Notes: generated by a model not told the origin, from the letters alone. A DNA stretch of 64,000 nt from an uncultured Alphaproteobacteria bacterium (GCA_902550225.1 CACCYL010000001.1:24941-88940), one strand, 5' to 3'; shown: positions 9,876 through 20,073, numbered from the stretch's first letter. Program-made: numbers and translations.

Positions 9876-10664
9876 ATGTATAATATAAAAAGTTTTAAAG
9901 GATTCAATTGGATTGGTTTTTTTACACTATATAAAAAAGAAGTAAAAAGATTTTTTAATGTTTTCGCTCAAACAATTTTAGCTCCAGCAGTGACAACTAT
10001 CTTATTTTATTTGATATTCACATTATCAATGGATAGAGAATTTTTAGCTTCTGAAAGTCATTCTTACTCTCAATTTCTTGCCCCTGGTCTTATTTGTATG
10101 TCAATCATGCAAAATGCATTTGCAAATACATCTTCCTCAATATTAATTTCAAAAGTTCAAGGAAACATTGTAGATGTGTTAATGCCCCCAATGTCAGAAT
10201 TAGAATTAACCTTTTCGTACTGTTTAGGTGGAGTTACAAGAGGTTTACTTGTAGGTTTTTGTGTTGCAGCATTGATCTATCCTTTTGTTTCAATACAAAT
10301 TTATAATTTTTTTATAATATTTATTTTTGGAGTTTTTTCTTCTTTATTATTGTCATTGTTAGGAATTTTGTGTGGAATCTGGGCTAAAAAATTTGATCAC
10401 ATGGCATCAGTTACAAATTTTATTATTTTACCACTAACATTTCTTTCAGGCACTTTTTACACAATAGACAGATTACCTGAATTTTGGCATTTTTTAGCCA
10501 GTTGGAATCCATTTTTTTACATGATTGACGGTTTTAGGTTTGGTTTTTTAGGTTATAGTGATAGCAATCTTATAATAGGATTTCTAGTTTTATTGTTTTG
10601 CAATTTATTCCTATTAATTTTTACAATATATGTTTTTAAAAGAGGGTATGGCTTAAGATCATGA
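9876..10664 (+). CDS. ABC-2 type transporter permease (YadH-like)
   Basis: 262 aa, six predicted TM segments, ABC-2 pattern (..NPFFYMIDGFRFGFLG..). No adjacent ATPase gene. Confidence 0.7.
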   Translation: MYNIKSFKGFNWIGFFTLYKKEVKRFFNVFAQTILAPAVTTILFYLIFTLSMDREFLASESHSYSQFLAPGLICMSIMQNAFANTSSSILISKVQGNIVDVLMPPMSELELTFSYCLGGVTRGLLVGFCVAALIYPFVSIQIYNFFIIFIFGVFSSLLLSLLGILCGIWAKKFDHMASVTNFIILPLTFLSGTFYTIDRLPEFWHFLASWNPFFYMIDGFRFGFLGYSDSNLIIGFLVLLFCNLFLLIFTIYVFKRGYGLRS

Positions 10665-11824
10665 GTATATTAAAGGTATATAATCCTCTAAATATCGAAA
10701 TCGATCATGGAGACGGAGTGTACCTCTATTGTAAAAAAGGCACGAGATATTTAGATTTTACGAGCGGTATTGGTGTTACCAGTCTTGGGCACAGTCATCC
10801 ATCTCTAATTTCAGCACTAAAATCTCAAGCCGAAAAGATATGGCATTGTTCAAATCTTTTTAGAATTGAAAATCAACAAATCGTTGCTGATAAAATTACA
10901 CAAAATTCGTTTGCTGAATCTGTGTTTTTTTGCAATTCTGGAACTGAAGCAGTCGAAGCTGGTATAAAAGTAATAAGAAAATATTTTAATGCTGTAAATG
11001 AAAAAAGATTCAAAATTATTTGTGCAAAAAATTCTTTTCATGGAAGAACCTATGCAGCTATATCCGCAAGTGGAAAATCAAAATTAACAGAGGGATTTGA
11101 ACCAGTATTAAATGGATTCAAACAAGTCGCATTTAACGACAGTAAGGCAGTCTCCAGGAGTGTAGATAAAGAAACAGCTGCGATAATGATTGAAACAGTT
11201 CAAGGTGAGGGTGGAATAACTCCTGCAAAAAAAGACTATTTAAGGGATATCCAAAAAATAGCGAATGACAATAATCTTCTTTTATTTTTTGATGAGGTTC
11301 AGTGCGGTGTTGGTAGAACAGGAAAATTTTTAGCAACGGAGTGGGTCAAGGAGTTAAAACCAAATATTGTAGCTGTCGCTAAAGGAATAGGTGGAGGTTT
11401 CCCTATAGGAGCATTATTATTGGATAAAAAAACTTCCAAATCAATGGACTTAGGTTCTCATGGATCAACATTTGGAGGAAACCCTCTCGCAATGGCTGTT
11501 GCTCAAGAAGTTTTAAATTTTGTATTAAACGAAGAATTTTTAGATCATGTAAGAGAAATTGGTTTTAATTTGAGAAAACTCTTGAGGGAAAATATATTAA
11601 CTAAATTTCCAAAATTGGTTTCTGGTGTAAGAGGAATTGGGTTAATGGTTGGTTTAGAGGCAATTGAAAATAATGAAATTTTAATAAAGTCTTTAATTAA
11701 GGAAAAACTTCTTACTGTTAAGGCAGGACAGAATGTGATAAGGATGTTGCCCCCTTTAATTTTAGAAATGAAACATGTAGAAGAGGCAATTGAAAAAATC
11801 GATAAAGCATTTTCAAATTTATAA
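10661..11824 (+). CDS. argD: acetylornithine aminotransferase
   Basis: Class-III PLP aminotransferase motifs (FCNSGTEAVEAGIK, FDEVQCGVGRTGK, HGSTFGGNPLA). Immediately followed by argF. Confidence 0.88.
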   Translation: MSILKVYNPLNIEIDHGDGVYLYCKKGTRYLDFTSGIGVTSLGHSHPSLISALKSQAEKIWHCSNLFRIENQQIVADKITQNSFAESVFFCNSGTEAVEAGIKVIRKYFNAVNEKRFKIICAKNSFHGRTYAAISASGKSKLTEGFEPVLNGFKQVAFNDSKAVSRSVDKETAAIMIETVQGEGGITPAKKDYLRDIQKIANDNNLLLFFDEVQCGVGRTGKFLATEWVKELKPNIVAVAKGIGGGFPIGALLLDKKTSKSMDLGSHGSTFGGNPLAMAVAQEVLNFVLNEEFLDHVREIGFNLRKLLRENILTKFPKLVSGVRGIGLMVGLEAIENNEILIKSLIKEKLLTVKAGQNVIRMLPPLILEMKHVEEAIEKIDKAFSNL

Positions 11825-11825
11825 G

Positions 11826-12731
11826 ATGAAAAAATCATTTAGACATTTCTTAAACCTTCACGAAATTAGTAAAAAGGATATTGACTTAATTTTAAAGTAT
11901 AGTCACAGACTAAAGAAAAATTGTAAAACAAAACAATTAAAAGAAAAAAAAATCTTAGCGATTATTTTTGAAAAACCATCCACCAGAACCAAAATATCTT
12001 TTGAGGTAGGTATGAAACTCTTAAATGGAGATGTTGTTACATTGGATCACTCTGACTCCCAGCTTGGTAGAGGTGAATCTCTAGAAGATACAATGAAAGT
12101 TTTATCAAGTTATGTTGATATAATAGTATATAGAGGTTCAGACGAGTCAAAACTTTACAAACTTTCAGAAATTTCTACTGTACCAATAATAAACGGATTA
12201 ACTGATATAAGCCATCCATGTCAAATAATTGCTGATATAATGACATTACAAGAACAATTCAGATCTCTCAATAACTTGAATTTAAGCTGGATTGGAGATG
12301 GAAATAATGTTTGTAACTCTTGGATACATGCTTCTAAACACTTCGATTTCAATTTAAAAATTTCTTGCCCACCTGGAAATTTTCCGAAAAAAAAATTTTT
12401 AAAAAATCGTGATCTAGAAAAATTTGAACTTTTCAAAAGTCCAGTTGAAGCTGCACTAGATGCTGACGTAATAATTACAGATACTTGGGTGTCCATGGGA
12501 ATGAAAAGTAATCCAAAAAGATTAAAAAACTTTGAAAAATTTCAAATTAACAAAGATTTACTAGAGAAAACTGGAAGAACAACTTATTTTTTGCATTGTC
12601 TTCCAGCTCATAGAGGATGTGAAGTTACTGATGAGATTATTGACGGTGAAAATTCATTAGTTTGGGCAGAAGCTGAAAATAGGTTATATGCTCACCAATC
12701 AATACTTTTGTGGTGTTTAAAAAAAATATAA
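11826..12731 (+). CDS. argF: ornithine carbamoyltransferase
   Basis: FEKPSTRTKISFE (STRTR-type carbamoyl-P motif), HPCQIIAD, FLHCLPAHRG. I prefer the ATG at 11826 (MKKSFRHFLNL) over the ORF-track start at 11790, which overlaps argD. Confidence 0.9.
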   Translation: MKKSFRHFLNLHEISKKDIDLILKYSHRLKKNCKTKQLKEKKILAIIFEKPSTRTKISFEVGMKLLNGDVVTLDHSDSQLGRGESLEDTMKVLSSYVDIIVYRGSDESKLYKLSEISTVPIINGLTDISHPCQIIADIMTLQEQFRSLNNLNLSWIGDGNNVCNSWIHASKHFDFNLKISCPPGNFPKKKFLKNRDLEKFELFKSPVEAALDADVIITDTWVSMGMKSNPKRLKNFEKFQINKDLLEKTGRTTYFLHCLPAHRGCEVTDEIIDGENSLVWAEAENRLYAHQSILLWCLKKI

Positions 12732-12732
12732 G

Positions 12733-14181
12733 CTATTTTTTCCAAAGCTGCGGTGATAAAAGTATTAAAATTGGAAAAAGTTCTAATCTTCCAATAAGCA
12801 TGCCTAAACTTAAAAACAGTTTTGTAAAATCTGAAATAGAAGAATAATTACCACTTGGTCCAATTATTTCATTTAAACCAGGACCAACATTTGCTAGCGT
12901 AGCCGCAGCTCCAGATAGGGAAGTAAGAATTTCTTGTCCGTCGAACGCTAAAACTAGGCTGAGAGTTGCAAAAACAAAAATATACAAAAAAAAATAACCA
13001 GTAACAGAAGTCAGAATGTCTTCGCTAATTTCTCTAGAATTGTATGTAGGGATAAAAACACCTCTAGGTTGGATTATTTTTTTGATTAAATTTAATGAGG
13101 ATTTTATAAGTATCTGAATTCTAAAAATCTTAAGACCGCAACTTGATGAACCTGAACAACCACCTATAAGCATTAGAAAAAGAAAAAGGAGAGTGGTAAA
13201 TGATCCCCAAACACTAAAATCATATGTACTAAAACCACTTCCTGTTGATATTGATGTGACTGCAAATGCTGAAATTCTCAAAGATTGAAAAAAATCAACT
13301 TCGTAGTATCTCTTCAACCAGAAAGCAACTAATATTGTGACACTACAAATTAAAATTAAAAAAAATCGAACTTGAGAACTTGCTACAAGGTCCATTAACT
13401 TTCCTCTAATAGACTGAAATAATAGAATGAAAGGTAAGGAGGATAAAATCATGAAAAAAATTGTAACAACTTCGATGTAAACTGAATCAAAGAAACCAAT
13501 TGACATATCTTTTGTTGAAAAGCCACCTGTCGCAATTATTGTCATACCATGAGCTAAACTATCAAAACCTGACATTCCAGTTATAAATAATGAAAAGCTA
13601 CAAATAATAGTTAGAAAGAAATAAACGAATCCAATTCCAGTTGCAATTTTTGTTGTTCTGGGAAGAACTTTTTCTTCTTTTGAGCTAAATTCACTTTGAA
13701 ATAACTGCATGCCACCAATCTTTAAAATTGGGAAAATTGCAATTGCAATTACAATTATACCTATGCCACCCAACCATTGAAGCATTGCTCTCCAAATTAA
13801 AATTGACTTCGATGTTGAATCAAGATTCTGAATAACAGTCGCTCCAGTCGTAGTTAATCCAGACATTGATTCAAAGAATGCATCGATTAATGTTAGATTA
13901 GTTGTTCCAAGATAGAATGGTAATGCTCCAATAAATGTAAGAAGTACCCACGAAATCAGTGTAAGGAGGAAAGCCGATAAAACTTCTACATCCTTATCTT
14001 TTCTCTTAAAAATAAATGAAACATTTAGACCAGTAAATAAGCAAACAATAGAAATTACAAAAAAAACAACCCAGTCAGTTCCTTGGTAGAAGTAATCTAT
14101 TACTCCAGGTATGAAAGAATAAATGGAAAAAAAAACTAACAAGTTTCCGATTACAAACAGAGAGGATTTTAAGTTTTCCAT
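12733..14181 (-). CDS. trkH: Trk-type potassium uptake protein
   Basis: 482 aa polytopic membrane protein with repeated selectivity-filter-like TTGAT / ATGGFS / STGSGFS / NVGPGL motifs typical of TrkH. Confidence 0.88.
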   Translation of the reverse strand: MENLKSSLFVIGNLLVFFSIYSFIPGVIDYFYQGTDWVVFFVISIVCLFTGLNVSFIFKRKDKDVEVLSAFLLTLISWVLLTFIGALPFYLGTTNLTLIDAFFESMSGLTTTGATVIQNLDSTSKSILIWRAMLQWLGGIGIIVIAIAIFPILKIGGMQLFQSEFSSKEEKVLPRTTKIATGIGFVYFFLTIICSFSLFITGMSGFDSLAHGMTIIATGGFSTKDMSIGFFDSVYIEVVTIFFMILSSLPFILLFQSIRGKLMDLVASSQVRFFLILICSVTILVAFWLKRYYEVDFFQSLRISAFAVTSISTGSGFSTYDFSVWGSFTTLLFLFLMLIGGCSGSSSCGLKIFRIQILIKSSLNLIKKIIQPRGVFIPTYNSREISEDILTSVTGYFFLYIFVFATLSLVLAFDGQEILTSLSGAAATLANVGPGLNEIIGPSGNYSSISDFTKLFLSLGMLIGRLELFPILILLSPQLWKK

Positions 14182-14184
14182 TTC

Positions 14185-14571
14185 CTAGTTTAAGTTGTTA
14201 CCTTGATTTGGAATATCAAGAGAGAAAGCTGGGATATCAACCTTAAATTCTTCTCCATCGAAACTTAGCATCTGATAACTTCCGTGCATTATGCCAGAAC
14301 TTGTTTTTAAAGGTGTTCCACTTGTATATTCAAATTTATCCCCTGGCTCTATGGTTGGCTGCTCACCTACAACTCCTTTTCCTTTTACTTCTCTAAAATT
14401 TCCGTTGGAGTCGAATATTTTCCAGTGTCTGCTTATTAATTTGATTTTTTCCTTTTCATTATTTTTGATTATAACCTTGTATGACCACAAGTATGAATCT
14501 TCGTACGGATCTGAGTGGTCTTCAAGATATGTGGATTCAACAAAAACTTTAACGTTATATTTTTTTATCAT
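14185..14571 (-). CDS. apaG: ApaG (DUF525) protein
   Basis: 128 aa. ..SRHWKIFDSNGNFREVKGKGVVGEQPTIEPGDKFEYTSG.. matches the ApaG signature. Confidence 0.88.
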   Translation of the reverse strand: MIKKYNVKVFVESTYLEDHSDPYEDSYLWSYKVIIKNNEKEKIKLISRHWKIFDSNGNFREVKGKGVVGEQPTIEPGDKFEYTSGTPLKTSSGIMHGSYQMLSFDGEEFKVDIPAFSLDIPNQGNNLN

Positions 14572-14579
14572 TTCGATTA

Positions 14580-15767
14580 CTATTTTAAATTTTCTAAGGA
14601 GTTATCAATATCTTCAATTATATCTTCTGGATCCTCAAGACCTACTGAGAGTCTTATTAGATTTTTTGTAATTCCGAGCTCTCTTTTTTCTTTTTCATTT
14701 AGTCTATGGTGAGTTGTTGTTTCAGGATGTGTTATTAAGGATTTTGTATCTCCGAGATTATTAGAAATGTCTATTAAAGACAATTTATTTAAAAATGAAA
14801 ATGATTTTTGTTTTTTTTCACTTGTTTTAGCATTAATTTCGAAGGAAACAACATTACCTCCACCTTTCATTTGTTTCATAGCTAATTTTATTTGAGGCGA
14901 ATCATTTAGAAAAGGATAATAAATTTTATTTATATATTTAGATTTTTGTAAATACTCGATAACTAAGTTTGTATTTTTCATTTGTTGTTTAATTCTTAGT
15001 TCAAGTGTCTCAAGGCCTTTTATTAATACCCAGGCATTAAAGGGACTCATGGATGGACCAGTATTTCTGATGAAGGGTTTTATAAATTCATCACAATGAC
15101 TTCTTTTACCTAGAATGGCTCCTCCCAAAACTCTTCCCTGACCATCGATATGCTTGGTTGCAGAATACATAACTATATCTGCGCCATGTTTAATCGGTTT
15201 TTGTAATAAGGGTGTAGCAAAAACATTGTCAACTACAACTAAAACTCCTTTTTTTTTTGCTAACTTTGAAACTTCTTCTATGTCGATAATTTCTAAACAT
15301 GGATTTGAAGGGGTTTCAAAAAAAATTAATGAAGTTCTTTTTTTTAGAGCTTTTTCCCAGGCATTAAGATCTTTTCCATCTATTAATTCAACCTCAATTC
15401 CAAACCTTGGAAGAATTTTTGTAATTATGTGATGACAACTTCCAAAAAGTGCTCTTCCTGCAACAACTCTGTCACCTTTTTTTAAAAATGACATAAAAAT
15501 GGTAAAAACTGCAGCCATACCAGTAGAGGTACACCAACAAACTTCTGCACCTTCAATGTCTGCTAATTTATCTTGAAGCATTTGAACAGTTGGATTTCCA
15601 AACCTGGAATACATAAATCTTTTTTTTTGTTCTTTAAATGCGTCTTCAGCTTCTTCAGCTGAATTGTAAACAAAGCCAGATGTTAAAAATAATGGCTCGC
15701 TAGTCTCCATGAACTCAGTTCTTTTTAAACCAGATCTAATTAACTTAGTCGAATTATCTTTTTTCAT
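14580..15767 (-). CDS. metZ: O-succinylhomoserine sulfhydrylase (Cys/Met-metabolism PLP enzyme)
   Basis: 395 aa. ..YSRFGNPTV.., ..DNVFATPLLQKP..GADIVMYSATKHIDGQGR.. (PLP-lysine region). The MetZ versus MetB distinction is by overall resemblance only. Confidence 0.75.
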   Translation of the reverse strand: MKKDNSTKLIRSGLKRTEFMETSEPLFLTSGFVYNSAEEAEDAFKEQKKRFMYSRFGNPTVQMLQDKLADIEGAEVCWCTSTGMAAVFTIFMSFLKKGDRVVAGRALFGSCHHIITKILPRFGIEVELIDGKDLNAWEKALKKRTSLIFFETPSNPCLEIIDIEEVSKLAKKKGVLVVVDNVFATPLLQKPIKHGADIVMYSATKHIDGQGRVLGGAILGKRSHCDEFIKPFIRNTGPSMSPFNAWVLIKGLETLELRIKQQMKNTNLVIEYLQKSKYINKIYYPFLNDSPQIKLAMKQMKGGGNVVSFEINAKTSEKKQKSFSFLNKLSLIDISNNLGDTKSLITHPETTTHHRLNEKEKRELGITKNLIRLSVGLEDPEDIIEDIDNSLENLK

Positions 15768-15817
15768 ATGATTTTTAGATTAACATTTCCTAAAATTTAT
15801 TTATAGTAGTGTAAATA

Positions 15818-17086
15818 ATGAGATCAATTTATTTTTTACATATATTTTTAATTTATTTTTGTTTTGGCTTTTTTATATTAGAAGCAAGAGAACTTTCGAT
15901 TAAACAAATTGAAGAAAGGAAACAATCTGATTTAGAGAGACTTAAAGAAAGAGAGAAAAGAGGAAATAAAAAGTTTTCAAAAGAAATAACATTGTCAACC
16001 AAACTCATATTTTTGAGTATGGAAAGAAAAACTCCTCCCGTGCTCTCAAATCTTGATCCTATTCTTGATGACGAGGGTTTTTACGGAGTAAAGCTTGCAA
16101 TTGAGGATAATTTAACAACTGGAAGATTTGTTGGTCACGATTATAAAGCAGAGTTTCATAGAATATTACTTAACGAGAATTTAAAAAGTGAATTTCAAAA
16201 ATTATTAAACCAAGGAAATAAATTTTTTATTGTTGATTTAAATGAAAAAGAATTGAAAACTCTCTTTGAAACATCAAATTCGGAAGAAATTGTCATTTTT
16301 AATGTTAGATCGAAAGCAGATTCTTTAAGGAATGAGAATTGTAAAAAAAATCTACTACATATCCCACCAAGTTACTCGATGCTCTCTGATGCTTTAACAC
16401 AATACCTTGTAAAAAAAAAATGGAATAAATGGTTTTTAGTTACTGGACCGGATGAAAATGATAGAAAATATGCAGATGCTCTAAAAAAATCAGCAAAAAA
16501 ATTTAACATTAAAATTAAAAAAGAAAAAGTTTGGGATTTTTCAGCAGATTTGAGACGTACAGCAGGTAAAGAAGTACCAATTTTTACAAAAGGAGAAAAA
16601 TATGATGTTTTGGTGGTTGCAGACGAAAAAGGTGAATTTGGTGAATATTTAACATATAGAACCTGGGATCCACGTCCAATTGTTGGAACGCAGGGACTTA
16701 CCCCAACGTCTTGGCATAGAACTCATGAACAATGGGGAGCAACACAAATGCAAAACAGATTCAGAAGAGAAAGTGGAAGATGGATGACAGAAGTTGATTA
16801 CCATGCATGGACTGCAGTTCGGTCAATTGGAGAAGCTATAACAAGAACAAGTAGCAATGATGTAAAAGATATAAGAAAATATTTGTTAGGAGAAAAATTT
16901 GGTCTTGGAGCTTATAAGGGAGTGAAAGTTTCATTCAGATCATGGAATGGGCAAATGAGACAGCCTATTTTATTGGCAGCGCCAAGATCAATGGTATCTG
17001 TTTCACCACAGGAAGGTTATATTCATCCAGATAGTGAATTAGATACTATGGGTAAAGATCAACCTGAATCTACTTGTAAATTTTAA
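15818..17086 (+). CDS. periplasmic substrate-binding protein of the PQQ-dehydrogenase-associated ABC system (PedA1/LutA-like)
   Basis: Signal peptide, about 400 aa branched-chain-amino-acid-type binding-protein-like body. First gene of an SBP / YVTN-propeller / ATPase / ABC-2-permease set, whose order matches the PQQ-ADH-associated ABC family as I recall it. Confidence 0.65.
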   Translation: MRSIYFLHIFLIYFCFGFFILEARELSIKQIEERKQSDLERLKEREKRGNKKFSKEITLSTKLIFLSMERKTPPVLSNLDPILDDEGFYGVKLAIEDNLTTGRFVGHDYKAEFHRILLNENLKSEFQKLLNQGNKFFIVDLNEKELKTLFETSNSEEIVIFNVRSKADSLRNENCKKNLLHIPPSYSMLSDALTQYLVKKKWNKWFLVTGPDENDRKYADALKKSAKKFNIKIKKEKVWDFSADLRRTAGKEVPIFTKGEKYDVLVVADEKGEFGEYLTYRTWDPRPIVGTQGLTPTSWHRTHEQWGATQMQNRFRRESGRWMTEVDYHAWTAVRSIGEAITRTSSNDVKDIRKYLLGEKFGLGAYKGVKVSFRSWNGQMRQPILLAAPRSMVSVSPQEGYIHPDSELDTMGKDQPESTCKF

Positions 17087-17107
17087 AATTTTTAATACAT
17101 TAGTATC

Positions 17108-18073
17108 ATGACACGATTTATTTTCTGCCTGTTCTTTATATTTGTTGCAAAAACCTCTTTCGCCAACCTTGCGTATATAACAAACGAAAAAGACAATACC
17201 GTAAGCGTTATCGATATAAAAAAAAATAAAGTAATCAGAACAGTTGAAGTTGGTCAAAGACCAAGAGGCATAATCATGTCTAAGGACGGAAAGCTTGTGC
17301 TTATTTGTGCATCCGATGATGACAGAGTTGAAGTGCGTGAGGCTAAAACACTTAAATTAAAATATTATTTACCCTCTGGACCTGACCCCGAGTTATTCAT
17401 TTTGTCACCCAATGACGAAACCCTCTATATAGCTAACGAGGATGACGCTATGGTTACTGTAGTTGATATGAATGACAAAATGATCATTGATGATATACCG
17501 GTTGGTGTAGAACCTGAAGGAATGGGCTTAACAAATGATGGCAAAGTTTTAGTGAATACCTCTGAGACCACAAATATGGCTCACTTCATCGATACAAGCA
17601 CTTTAGATATTTTAGAGAATGTCCTAGTTGATGCTAGACCTAGAGTAGCTATGTTTACTCCTAATGACAAAGAAGTCTGGGTGTCTGCTGAGATTGGAGG
17701 AACTGTTAAAGTCATTAACCCATCAACGAAAGAAGTTACCCACACAATAGGTTTCGAAATTCCAGGAGTTAATGAAGAGAGTATTCAACCTGTTGGCGTT
17801 CGACACACCAATGATGGTAAGTATACCTTTGTTGCATTGGGGCCTGCCAATAGAATTGCAGTTATTGATCAAAAAACTAAGGAACTAATTAAATATTTAC
17901 TCGTTGGTCAAAGAGTTTGGCAATTAGCCTTTACTCCTGATCAGAAAACTCTACTCACTACTAATGGAGTAAGTAATGATGTTTCCATAATTGATGTGGA
18001 GAAACTAAAAGTAAAAAAATCCATCAAAGTTGGCCGTTTTCCCTGGGGCGTGGTAATAAGTCCTGAGTCCTAG
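17108..18073 (+). CDS. PQQ-dependent-catabolism-associated YVTN beta-propeller protein (PedA2/LutB-like)
   Basis: Signal peptide followed by repeated ..YITNEKDNTVSVID.., ..LYIANEDDAMVTVVD.., ..TTNGVSNDVSIID.. blades (YVTN repeats). Confidence 0.8.
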   Translation: MTRFIFCLFFIFVAKTSFANLAYITNEKDNTVSVIDIKKNKVIRTVEVGQRPRGIIMSKDGKLVLICASDDDRVEVREAKTLKLKYYLPSGPDPELFILSPNDETLYIANEDDAMVTVVDMNDKMIIDDIPVGVEPEGMGLTNDGKVLVNTSETTNMAHFIDTSTLDILENVLVDARPRVAMFTPNDKEVWVSAEIGGTVKVINPSTKEVTHTIGFEIPGVNEESIQPVGVRHTNDGKYTFVALGPANRIAVIDQKTKELIKYLLVGQRVWQLAFTPDQKTLLTTNGVSNDVSIIDVEKLKVKKSIKVGRFPWGVVISPES

Positions 18074-18085
18074 AGGACCATGTAA

Positions 18086-18832
18086 TTGGTCATAAGTCCT
18101 ATGAGTTCTGCCCTTCAAATTAAAAATGTTTCGCACAAATTTGGAGAATTTAAAGCACTTAAAAATGTTAGTATCAATATCGATTCTGGAGATTTCACAG
18201 TTTTACTTGGTCTAAATGGAGCGGGAAAAACTACACTTTACTCACTTATAACTAGACTATATAACAATAATTCTGGCTCTATAAAAATCCATAATTTTGA
18301 TGTTAGAGAAAAATCTTCAGATGCTCTCAAAAATATTGGAGTAGTTTTTCAACAACCTACACTTGATTTGGATCTCAGTGTCGAAGAAAATTTACATTAC
18401 CATTCGTCATTGCATGGTTTAAGTTTCGCTGATGCCACAGAAAGAATTGAAGAAGAAATTCAGAGAATAGATTTAACTGAAAAATTAAAAAATAAAGTAC
18501 GTTCTCTTTCGGGAGGTCAACGGAGACGAGTTGAGATCGCACGATCGCTTCTCCATAAACCAAAATTACTGCTTCTAGACGAGCCTACAGTTGGATTAGA
18601 TATTGGATCAAGGCAAATGATTCTTAAACACGTAAAATCACTTTGTAAAAAAAGAGAACTTGCAGTTTTATGGGCAACACACTTAATTGATGAAATTGAT
18701 AAAGGTGAAAAAGTTGTAATTATTCATAAAGGAGAAATAGTCGAATCGGGCGATGTATTAAAAATAGTAAAAAAAACGAAACAAAAAAATATCAGAGATG
18801 CCTTCAATAAGCTTGTTGGAGTGGAAGTATGA
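18086..18832 (+). CDS. ABC transporter ATP-binding protein (PedB/LutE-like)
   Basis: Walker A GLNGAGKTT, signature LSGGQRRR, Walker B LLLLDEPT. TTG at 18086 has an AGAGGA SD 8 nt upstream. An alternative ATG lies at 18101. Confidence 0.88.
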   Translation: MVISPMSSALQIKNVSHKFGEFKALKNVSINIDSGDFTVLLGLNGAGKTTLYSLITRLYNNNSGSIKIHNFDVREKSSDALKNIGVVFQQPTLDLDLSVEENLHYHSSLHGLSFADATERIEEEIQRIDLTEKLKNKVRSLSGGQRRRVEIARSLLHKPKLLLLDEPTVGLDIGSRQMILKHVKSLCKKRELAVLWATHLIDEIDKGEKVVIIHKGEIVESGDVLKIVKKTKQKNIRDAFNKLVGVEV

Positions 18833-19632
18833 AACCGATTATATATTTGAGATGTTTTAAAGGAATTGTATTAAGAGAGGCATTAAGATTCTTTCACCAA
18901 AAAGAACGATTTTTTTCAGCACTCGTTAGACCTTTAGTTTGGTTAGGAATATTTGCTGCAGGTTTCAGGTCTGTCCTTGGTGTGGCAATAATTCCTCCCT
19001 ATGAAACATATATTCCCTATGAGGTTTATATTGCTCCTGGTCTTATTGCAATGATTCAATTATTCAATGGGATGCAAAGCTCATTATCCATGGTTTATGA
19101 CAGAGAAATGGGGAGTATGAAAACGATGTTAGTTAGTCCCATTCCAAGGTGGTTTTTGCTAATATCGAAATTACTTGCTGGTGTATTTGTTTCTATACTT
19201 CAAGTCTATGCTTTCCTTATAATTGCGTCTTTCTGGGAGATTATACCTCCGATTACAGGTTATTTTACAATTTTACCAGCGTTGATATTTACTGGCTTAA
19301 TGTTAGGCTCGTTGGGGATGTTTCTTTCCTCGGCTATTAAACAATTAGAAAATTTTGCCGGGGTTATGAATTTTGTTATTTTTCCTATGTTTTTTGCCTC
19401 GTCAGCATTGTATCCACTTTGGAAGATTGAAGAAACTAGTGAATGGTTATATTACGTATGTTTTTATAATCCATTTACATATGCAGTTGAATCTATAAGA
19501 TTTTCTTTGTATTCTCAATTTAATTTTGAGTATACTGCAGGTATAGTAATTTTTACTGTAATATTTCTTATTCTATCAATTTTGGGATATGATCCTGCAA
19601 GAGGCTCTCTACAAAAAAAAGGAGGAAGTTAA
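18829..19632 (+). CDS. ABC-2 type permease (PedC/LutF-like)
   Basis: 267 aa, six TM segments, ABC-2 fold pattern. 4-nt ATGA overlap with the ATPase gene. Confidence 0.8.
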   Translation: MKPIIYLRCFKGIVLREALRFFHQKERFFSALVRPLVWLGIFAAGFRSVLGVAIIPPYETYIPYEVYIAPGLIAMIQLFNGMQSSLSMVYDREMGSMKTMLVSPIPRWFLLISKLLAGVFVSILQVYAFLIIASFWEIIPPITGYFTILPALIFTGLMLGSLGMFLSSAIKQLENFAGVMNFVIFPMFFASSALYPLWKIEETSEWLYYVCFYNPFTYAVESIRFSLYSQFNFEYTAGIVIFTVIFLILSILGYDPARGSLQKKGGS

Positions 19633-19635
19633 TAT

Positions 19636-20055
19636 ATGAATTTTTTAATGATTATAATCTTTTTATTTATTCAATTGCCAAGCGAGTCAAATGCAGAGGG
19701 TGATTTATCAATTCGGTCAAAAAAGTTAGTCTTAAATTTGGGATCTGACAAAAGCGATTACGATATGTCACAAAAAATTTTTAATATGGAAACTGGCAAA
19801 GCTTATAGATTAGAAATTACAAGTATGGGATTTAAAGAATATGAATTAGAAGCAGAGGATTTTTTTAGAAATATTTGGATTCGTTCAATTGAAATAGATG
19901 GGATTGAGTTAGATGCACCCGTAATTAATGAAATAGAATTTGAGAGAGAGGGTGAAATTGAAATTAAGTTTGTACCAATTAGGCCTGGAGAATATGATTT
20001 TGAAATTGAAAGGTTACAAAGTAAAGGAATGGTTGGTAAATTTATTGTTAAATAA
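19636..20055 (+). CDS. small secreted, strongly acidic protein with a cupredoxin-like C-terminal strand but no Cu ligands
   Basis: Strong SD (AGGAGG) inside the permease 3' end, ATG 4 nt after the permease stop. Signal peptide ..LPSESNA/EG. Glu/Asp-rich mature part. The C-terminus PGEYDFEIERLQSKGMVGKFIVK aligns by eye with the pseudoazurin PGIYLYQCSPHAAMGMIGLVVV, with Cys->Ile and His->Leu. Confidence 0.55.
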   Translation: MNFLMIIIFLFIQLPSESNAEGDLSIRSKKLVLNLGSDKSDYDMSQKIFNMETGKAYRLEITSMGFKEYELEAEDFFRNIWIRSIEIDGIELDAPVINEIEFEREGEIEIKFVPIRPGEYDFEIERLQSKGMVGKFIVK

Positions 20056-20073
20056 TTTTATTTGGGAGAAAAT

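Noticed and set aside
11790-11825. Upstream argF start at 11790.
   Set aside because: It overlaps the argD 3' end. The ATG at 11826, just after the argD stop, gives the normal OTCase N-terminus.
19636-20055. Calling the small acidic protein a functional blue-copper protein or a lanmodulin homolog.
   Set aside because: The Cys/His copper ligands are absent and there are no EF-hand (DxDxDG-type) loops. Only a cupredoxin-like C-terminal strand pattern is seen, so it is reported as a hypothesis, not an annotation.
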